From contig JAHBMJ010000443.1 in the NCBI GenBank assembly GCA_018398765.1, forward strand, positions 186,001 to 230,834: a stretch of DNA of 44,834 nt. The letters run 5' to 3'. Positions 37,701 through 44,834 of the stretch are shown in pieces. The number at the start of each line of letters is the position of its first letter. Within the stretch, counting starts at the first letter, position 1. Position numbers and translations under genes: made by a program. The notes under the pieces were generated by a model, which was given only the letters and a program-made list of their open reading frames with translations, ran no database searches and was not told the origin of the DNA. The stretch comes from Chromera velia (lineage: Eukaryota).

Positions 37701-40700
37701 CATTCGCGCCCTCCAGCTACAAGGACGGCAACTCCTTATCTGAACGATGGCAGAGAGAGGTGCTTGCCTCCGTCTACTCTCTCCTTCTCGAGCGTCAGCT
37801 CCCCGGCAGCTCATGGCCTGAGATCTACGATGAGGCGATTCGACGTTTGAATAACCGAATATCAGTGCAAGGGGGGGGTTCTCGTCACACTGCCGCTGCC
37901 CTCCCTGGTTCGCTGTCTTGTGTTCACCGTTCTTTCCCCTCTGCCCGCCCTCCCTGCCCGTCTGCTTTGCGGACTTATTATGTGGGAGACATTGTTATGT
38001 ACAATTGGGGCGCCTCTGGAGGGGGGGGTCGATCAGGTCAAAGTCACAAGTGTGGCCCCGTTTGGGCCCCCTATCGCGTTGTCTCCGTTGAGAACGAACA
38101 CTTCTACGAAATTGTAGCCCCCGATGAGTCCCTCCGCCCCCAACGGACCACCGCATCGCCTCACCAGCTCCGTCCAGCCGTCCGCCCTGTCCCATCTGGC
38201 ATCATACGCACACAACCCAAATTTGAATCCCCAAGGTGCTACTCTGGCCGAACGCACAGGGTGGAGAGATTCCGCCTCGCTTCCTTCCTCTGCTGATGCT
38301 GCTCTGACTCTGCTTCAGGAACAGGAGGCGGCAGCCTTTGTCCCCCTCTTTGGTCCCGACCTAATGACTGAATCCCTCCCCGACACCGTGACGACCCCTG
38401 CCCTTTTACCCCCTGCTGACTTGCCTGCTGTCCATATAACGGACCCGTCTCTGTCCTCGCAGCCCACTCAGCAGCCGATCCCCGAGTCTGCCCCGCCGGT
38501 AACTCCCCCTCTCACCTCTCCTTTCCCCGTCACGCCTGCCCCGCTGCAGCCAGGCACGATAGTGATTAGTCGTTCCCCTGAGCATTCACTCCTGTGGGTA
38601 GGAGAAATCCTTGGTGTCCTGCCGAGTGATGGAGCAGCAGAGGGTGATGTCCAGTATGAGGTCCATGCGTGGGGTTCCCACCAGCGATGTGCTCTGTCCC
38701 GCAGGCAGTAGGCACCGGGCTACTATTCCTCGGGAGGGGGGTATGTCTCGTACGATAAGCGCGCTTCCAAGCATGCGGCAGAGATTGTTGAACTGTTGCA
38801 CGGTCAGATCGCGGCAGCAGGCTTCGAGATGGAGCGTTCGCGAGGCAATCGCGGGTCTCGTCTTCCCCCTTCTCTCTGCTCTCATTTTGCCTCTGGCTCG
38901 GATGGGTGTTATTTCTATAAGTATCCAGGTGCTCGTTTATCTGACCCTTCTGTCGCATCTGCTGTTGCTTTTCTTGCTTCTATTGATCTGTCAGTGCATG
39001 CTGTAACTATGCACCGACTAGTGAGTTTGAAACATCTGTGTCCTGCTTCCTGTCAGCTTATCTGTTTCGCAGACCAGAAGGAGGATCAGGGATGGATCGA
39101 TCGGGAGGTCTACATCAGAACTCCGATTTCTGAGGTTCCGAGGAACGTTCCTCGCGTCCCTTTCCTCCGTGTGCGCACCAAGAAGCTTCAGGACGACGGC
39201 ACATGCAAGTTCAAGACGCGTACCATCATCAACAGCAAGAAGGTCCCTTGGGAGGGTTTGAGCGTCGCCACCCGACTCTGCCCCCCCAAAGCTGTGCGCA
39301 TTGTCCTGTAGGTTGCGTTTGACGCTTGCAAGCGTCGAGGCGTCGACCTTTCCCTTCAGAAGGCCGATGTCGTGCAGGCGTATCTACAAGCCCCGTTGCC
39401 TCCTGATCGCCCCCCTCTCGCTGCCATCCCCCCTTCCAACCATCCAGATCATGGGCAGTTTCTCTGGGTCCTCCGCAAGGCCGTCTACGGCTTGCCTGAC
39501 GCAGGCAAGGTCTTCGAGGATTTTCTTACCTCCGTCCTCCGCTCCCTTGGATGGGAGCCAACGCTCTTTCCGGGTGTGTGGGTGTTGCATAGTGCCAATG
39601 GTAAGCTTCGTGCTCTTCTGGCCACCTACTGTGATGACCTGCTCATTCTGGGCATCAGGGAGGATGCGGCAGCTACCATCGACTCCCTCAAGGACATCGT
39701 GACGTGCAGCAATTACACCGATCTCTCGGGGGGTCGTTTTGTTGGTGTACAGTTCGACGTCTCCATCACCAGCATGTTCTGCCACCAACATGACTACGTC
39801 GCCTCCCTTGTCCTCCCTCCTGATCTGGCCGGCTCTAACCGATGTGTAGACAAGCCTCTCCCTGTCGGGTCTACGCATGAGGACGACATCTCTCCTCTGC
39901 TGTCTGCCGCAGGTGTGAAGGTCTTCCGAACCCTGCTCGGGCAGGTAGGCTATGTGGCGAGCTGCACACGGCCAGATGTTGCTCTCGCGCACTCGTACCT
40001 GTCTCGTTTTCTGGCGTCTCCAACCGAGAGGGCTCTTCGTCTTTTCCTCCAAACGGTGCGCTACCTCCGTTCGCACCCCTCTTTCGAGATCCACGTCCGT
40101 CCTTCCTCCGACCCGACCAAGCTGACGACCATCAAACATGGGGACTCATCGTTTGGCAACGCCGTCTCCCCATATCCTCAGACAGGCTGGGTTGTTTTTA
40201 TTAACAACTCACCTCTCATTTGGAAAAGTAGGAGGCAGTCCCGCGTAGCAAGATCAACTACAAGAGCAGAGGTGCTCGCCCTGGAGGAAGGCATCGACGC
40301 CACGCTGCATTTTACGAACTGCACCGCCCCCTTCTACTCCAACATCCGTGTCGGAATTGGCTGCGATGGAGCGAACGTTTTCAAATTGTCTCTGCTGTTG
40401 TCTGGCGCCTCTTTTTCTGCCGAGCGTGCCCTCCTCCCCATTATCCGGGAGATGCAGGACAAGGCTTGTGTCGTTCCCCTCCAGGCCGCCACTGACTTAG
40501 TTGAGCAACATAGAATTGGCATCTTCAAGATCTCCACCAATTCCAACCTCTCTGACCTCCTCACGAAAGCGCTCGACCTTGGCGCTCTGACTCGTCTCAT
40601 GAGTCCCTCTCCCTCTCTTTCTCCGGTGTTTGGGAGCGAGATTGTGTCCTCTCTTCCTCCTCTTGCTCTGCGTGACGGTCACCGCCCGACGATGGAGAAG

Positions 40701-40736
40701 GAAAGAAGGAGGGATGGGGAAGAGCCAACCGCATGA
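34749..40736 (+). pseudogene. gag-pol polyprotein, interrupted by stops and frameshifts
   Basis: Gag zinc knuckles CIACGASPHVDRSTCPAIAHVCGCGKQEHLDAMC. Integrase CPEC, LHLDSL, RCDQG, SERWQ. RT ADVVQAYLQAP, LRKAVYGLPDAG, YCDDLL. RNase H GDSSF, WKSRRQSRVARSTTRAEVLAL, NLSDLLTKAL. TAG stops at 35220, 38709 and 39309, plus several frameshifts. Confidence 0.95.
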
Positions 40737-40792
40737 GAGCGTTTTGTTTGTTTCCCGGTTTTGTCAGCTACCGCTGTAGAAAGAAGAAGCCA

Positions 40793-41376
40793 TGTAATGT
40801 TCCAGAAGCATGCTGCTCCTGTTTTTTACTTGTCGATGCGCACTTCTTTTCTCTCTTTCCGTTTGGTAAGGGGTGCATGCCGAGCGAATTGATTTTTAAA
40901 GCGCGTAAGTCCCCATCCGGATCCTTAAATGCTGCGCGCGCCATCATTGTTTCGGCTCGCTTCACGCATGATATTCATCTTTCCATGCGCTTCTCTCTCT
41001 TTAACTGATCCCGGCTCGTCTCTCCTGTTAGTGATTGCACGTTGAGTGACGCACGCTGAGTCCCGATTGTTTATGCAAGTGATTGCCATCTCTGGAACTC
41101 TTTCACTTCTCGTTTGGGGCTTTCCGGGGTTCTCGCATGCAGGGACTCCGTCAAGCGTCTCCTCTCGCATGTATTTTGACTCATAAAATTTCTCATTGTT
41201 TCATCTCGATCGATTGCTAGAATTGAACGTTTTTTCCTCTGGGAGTGGCTCTCTGCTTGCCACTCTGTAACGACTTTCTCTGGAATAAGGACCTACGGAT
41301 CGATTTCATCGTGAGTCTTTATTTCTGTTTTCGTGTGTAGCTAGATATTCGTTCTTATAGTCTAGCAAACATCTCG
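40793..41376 (+). repeat. 3' LTR (starts TG, ends CG)
   Basis: Copy of the 5' LTR; preceded by the PPT and followed by the TSD ACCAG. Confidence 0.95.
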
Positions 41377-41599
41377 ACCAGCTAGAAATTTGGCAGGAAA
41401 CTAACTAGAAAATCTAAGAGAAAATGCTAGTAACAAATGCGTTATTACTGCAACACTGTGACAGCTATTCATAGAACTAGTCATAGAACCATGCAAACAA
41501 ATGTTACAATTAAATCGAATTTCAGACTGTTTAATTGATCCTAGGTTTGATCTAGGGTTTGATCCGACTGTGACAGTCTCTCGAACAACCATACAATCC

Positions 41600-42631
41600 T
41601 CACAAACGGACACCCCCCCAGCTCTGCGTCCACCCCCCCTTTTCCTTGATCTCCCTGACCTCCTCTTCAAAGGAACGAGTCTTCAGCCCCAACCGGACTG
41701 CTTTGGAAGAATCGAGAGAGAGATCCTCCGGCCTCTGATAGTCTGAAGGCACTATGGAGGAATTTTCCTTCGCCTTCTCTTTGACTTCTTTCATTCGCTC
41801 CTTCAGATTCCCCTTCGTCAAAAGGGAGGAATCATAACCAAAAACCTTCCATACAGATTCACCCATTTCATATCGAGACAACCTCTGTGGTCCGGCAACA
41901 TTCAACACACCACAAACATCCTTCAAACTAGATTCACAATTCAAAATGAACTCTGCAATCCGAAGACCTCGAATCGGTGTGCGCCACTCGTCTACGAAAA
42001 GACCGATCACCGCACCCCGACCACACTGCTCATCAATCCCCCTCCATCCATTCCTAGTGCCCTGCCCGGATTCTCCGAACAACAGAGGAACCCTGCAGAT
42101 AAGCGTGTTGGGATAAATGGGCACTAACGATGTCTCCATCTCACTTTTCTGCTTTCCATACAAATTCAAAGGATTCGGTATCGCTGTGTCTGCATACGGC
42201 GCCGCGTCCCCTCCGAAGACCATGTCTGTGCTGAACTGAACCAATTTGACCGATGCACCGACAGACGCACACGTAGTGGCTATCTGCTTCGGCAGACCGA
42301 CATTGATGCGCTCACTCAGTTCAGGAGAGAGGTCACACTCTTTCGGTGCTCCCACAGCTGCGGCATTGATGATCATATCTGGTCGGTCTTCCTCCTTCTC
42401 AAAGCACTTGGAAAGAAAGCCTTGGACACTCTCGGCGTCCGCAATGTCGACTGACACCCATAAGACATTCTCCAGGGTTTGCGCACTCTCCGGTACCCTC
42501 CGGGATGCGCAGACCAACCTGTCACCCCGCTTCCGGAAAGACTCGGATTCCAAGAAGACGCGAATAAACGACCAGCCGAGAAAGCCAGTCCCTCCGAAGA
42601 GAACGATATGTCGTGGCTTGTTGTCACTCAT
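41600..42631 (-). CDS. RmlD-like extended SDR (dTDP-4-dehydrorhamnose reductase / MAT2B family), 343 aa, single exon
   Basis: Rossmann motif IVLFGGTGFLG, INAAA, FSTDMVFGG, catalytic YxxxK (NLYGKQK), LFVDEWRTP, RPEDLSLDSSK. Confidence 0.9.
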   Translation of the reverse strand: MSDNKPRHIVLFGGTGFLGWSFIRVFLESESFRKRGDRLVCASRRVPESAQTLENVLWVSVDIADAESVQGFLSKCFEKEEDRPDMIINAAAVGAPKECDLSPELSERINVGLPKQIATTCASVGASVKLVQFSTDMVFGGDAAPYADTAIPNPLNLYGKQKSEMETSLVPIYPNTLICRVPLLFGESGQGTRNGWRGIDEQCGRGAVIGLFVDEWRTPIRGLRIAEFILNCESSLKDVCGVLNVAGPQRLSRYEMGESVWKVFGYDSSLLTKGNLKERMKEVKEKAKENSSIVPSDYQRPEDLSLDSSKAVRLGLKTRSFEEEVREIKEKGGWTQSWGGVRL

Positions 42632-42896
42632 TTCTTTGTCCTACTTGGAGCTGGGCCCCATCCGGATCACAAAAAGGTGCTCGATCGTGGGCACTCAATT
42701 CGTCTGTCAGCCTGTGTCAGGCAGGGCATGTGCGCCCGAGCAGCACACAGGTTCCGGCCCGTTCAATTCGCACACGTTCAGACTGTTGTCGGCAAGGCTG
42801 CACTGGTCCATGCAGGATCGACTGCTCGGAAAGAAAATGCAAGAGCGAATCATTGCGTTGACCGTGACTCTTCTATATATGACCACGTGTTATTCT

Positions 42897-43270
42897 CATG
42901 CATGACATTGCATGACTCAGCCGTCTACACCAAAGATACACCAAAGCATTGAATTGCATGAAAGCATGGAATGCCGTCTCCCCGATTGAACGCGTCCCCA
43001 ACCGGCTCCACTGCAGAAATACCGATACATGCAGATCAACACTGCAGATAAGCATGCATGCAAGGAAAAAAGAGAGACAATTACTGCTGGAAGGAAGCCT
43101 TCGCAAAACTTCCTGCATGTACAGTAACCGAAGCGGGCAAGAAACTGGTAGCATCGATCGGTAGGCCAAAAAGGCACACAGATGTGTCCCATGCATGGGG
43201 AACTTATACATCTCTTTGCGTGTGTGCAGTCTATATATATATAATCGACCCCCACAAGCATGCACACATG
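42897..43270. promoter_or_regulatory. TGCATG-rich putative bidirectional promoter
   Basis: Many (T)GCATG copies between divergent starts at 42631 (-) and 43407 (+). Confidence 0.45.
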
Positions 43271-43406
43271 TAGGAAGCCACGATGAAATGATCGAACACC
43301 ATGACTGTCCCTTCTAACCGACGACTGAAGGAGTCATTTATATACAGCAAACCGTGAGACCAAAGGCAAAGCGCGGGTTCTGAACCTGTGCTGAATCTAT
43401 ATAGTC

Positions 43407-44464
43407 ATGCTCCTCTTTGTGGCGTGTGCCGCCCTCCTCTGGGCCCTCCCATCAGAAGGGCGGACACCGACCAGCAGCGCCGCCACTCTCGCCAACTCCC
43501 GCTTCAATGCAGACACAGACTCTCGGTGGGATGTCCCCGACCTCCCTTCTCCTGTTTCTGGGTCTGCCTTGGCAACGACTGCCTCCGACAGTGATGCTTC
43601 GCTTCTTGAGAGAGAGAGGTCTGAATGGCCAAAGAGAGGGGAGGTGTGCAGACCCAGCGACCTTGCAGATATGTGTTGGAAGTCAGACAAGGAGTGCTCC
43701 AAAACGTCTTACGCACCCGGGGAGGCTGCGCGTTCACTGATGGGTACGACCGCTCTGACTTCAAACGGTGCTTCGACGAGACCTTCTGTAGAGAGGACAG
43801 CGGGGAGCTGACCGTCAACTGCAGGTGGGCAGACTGAGGGACCGACTGAGTGACTGACTGATGACTGACTGACTGACTGACTGACTGACTGACTGACTGA
43901 CTGACTGACTGACTGACTAACTGACTGACTGACTGACTGACTGACTGACTCATCAATAACTGACTGACTGACTGACTCATCAATAACAGACTGACTGACT
44001 GACTGACTGACTGACTGACTGACTGACTGACTCATCAATAACTGACTGACTGACTAACTGACTGACTAACTGACTGCCAGACTGATGTAGAGAGAGAGGG
44101 GTGAGAAACAGGCACGAGCAAAGGGCGCTTTTCTCAGAAGAGGAAGAGGGATGGGTGTGCATCTAAGGACAGAAAGAAAGGGGAGGCACGAACACGGGGC
44201 GTTTTTGTCAGAAGAAGAAGAAGAAGAGGAAGAAGAAGAAGCAGAAGAAGATGTATGTATGCAGAACTACTGTGAATAAAGGCGCTTGCGTGAAGGAATG
44301 CAGACTAATTGACTGTCGGAAGAAAAAGTGGATTGCCCGACTAATTTATTGACTGAAGAACTGACCGACAGACTGAATGAGAGACTGATTGATTTACTGG
44401 ATGACTTTCTGCTTCTTTTTCTTCAGTAGTGCGGAGTCCCTTCTACCATCCAACTTAGCTGCTG

Positions 44465-44562
<98 letters not shown>

Positions 44563-44797
44563 TCACACTGCAGGTCTGCAATGGTTCGACGCGCCCTCCT
44601 CCCAGAGGATGCCCTCGAAAAGGTCGTGAACAGCTGTCGGTTGAACGACTTCACAGAGGACTTCATGTGCTTCCTGGGCTCTGCTGCCAGGTACCACAGG
44701 CATCAGAGCGAGAGCTCGTTGAACCAACTGACCTCTCTGCTCAACGCGCAGCTCCTCGCAGGACCCCTCGACCCTGTAGACAGAAAGGCGCTCGCAG
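43407..44797 (+). CDS. 5' part of a multi-exon gene with an N-terminal signal peptide (continues beyond the window)
   Basis: Hydrophobic leader MLLFVACAALLWALPSEG. Phase-consistent exons 43407-43525, 43669-43824 and 44574-44797 give ...DTDSR|YVLEVRQG...TVNCR|SAMVRRALLPED... Confidence 0.6.
43845..44085. repeat. Intronic (GACT)n microsatellite
   Basis: Read directly. Confidence 0.95.
44473..44562. repeat. Intronic (CT)n(GT)n microsatellite next to a splice acceptor
   Basis: Read directly. Confidence 0.9.
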
Positions 44798-44834
44798 GTC
44801 TGTTTGGCATGCCTTGTCCCGCTTCCCCCCCCCC

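Larger units (their letters stand above)
34057..41376 (+). mobile_element. Full-length decayed LTR retrotransposon with Ty1/Copia domain order and Copia-type RT/RNase H, 7320 bp
   Basis: 584-bp LTRs at 34057-34640 and 40793-41376. TSD ACCAG at 34052-34056 and 41377-41381. PBS TGGTGCCGGCTCCCG at 34641. PPT AGAAAGAAGAAG at ~40778-40789. Domain order gag-PR-IN-RT-RH. Confidence 0.97.

Noticed and set aside
43407..43811. 134-aa single-exon ORF as a complete gene
   Set aside because: A phase-consistent spliced model continues into downstream exons, so the ORF tail is probably intron or off-frame.

Overview
Eukaryotic (not prokaryotic) genomic DNA. It has GT-AG introns full of microsatellites, GC-rich genes separated by AT/TpA-rich islands, and TGCATG clusters upstream of genes. 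The gene families suggest a chromerid alveolate such as Chromera velia (inference). Genes: a WD40 EIPR1/TSSC1 homologue; a 2-exon TPR-like/MYND-finger gene; a ~10-exon Pro-rich gene; an intronless 890-aa gene built from two tandem modules of [18-aa CxHG..CxxC repeats + HNH/HNN nuclease]; a disabled RI-like LRR gene; an RmlD/MAT2B-like reductase; and the 5' part of a signal-peptide gene. Mobile DNA: a 2.0-kb non-autonomous LTR element (TSD GTAAG), a 7.3-kb decayed Copia-order retrotransposon (TSD ACCAG), a 441-bp foldback element and a nested-palindrome element. The three most interesting observations are: (1) the zinc-repeat/HNH tandem protein, which resembles a natural modular ZFN/TALEN-like nuclease with a possible mitochondrial presequence; (2) almost pure C:G>T:A divergence at CpG and CpA between paired LTRs, together with TpA-rich islands, which looks like RIP- or methylation-driven repeat mutagenesis in a non-fungal lineage; (3) a Copia-order element with non-canonical CG...CG termini and a Gypsy-like integrase. 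Alignments, counts and exon models were done by eye and should be recomputed.
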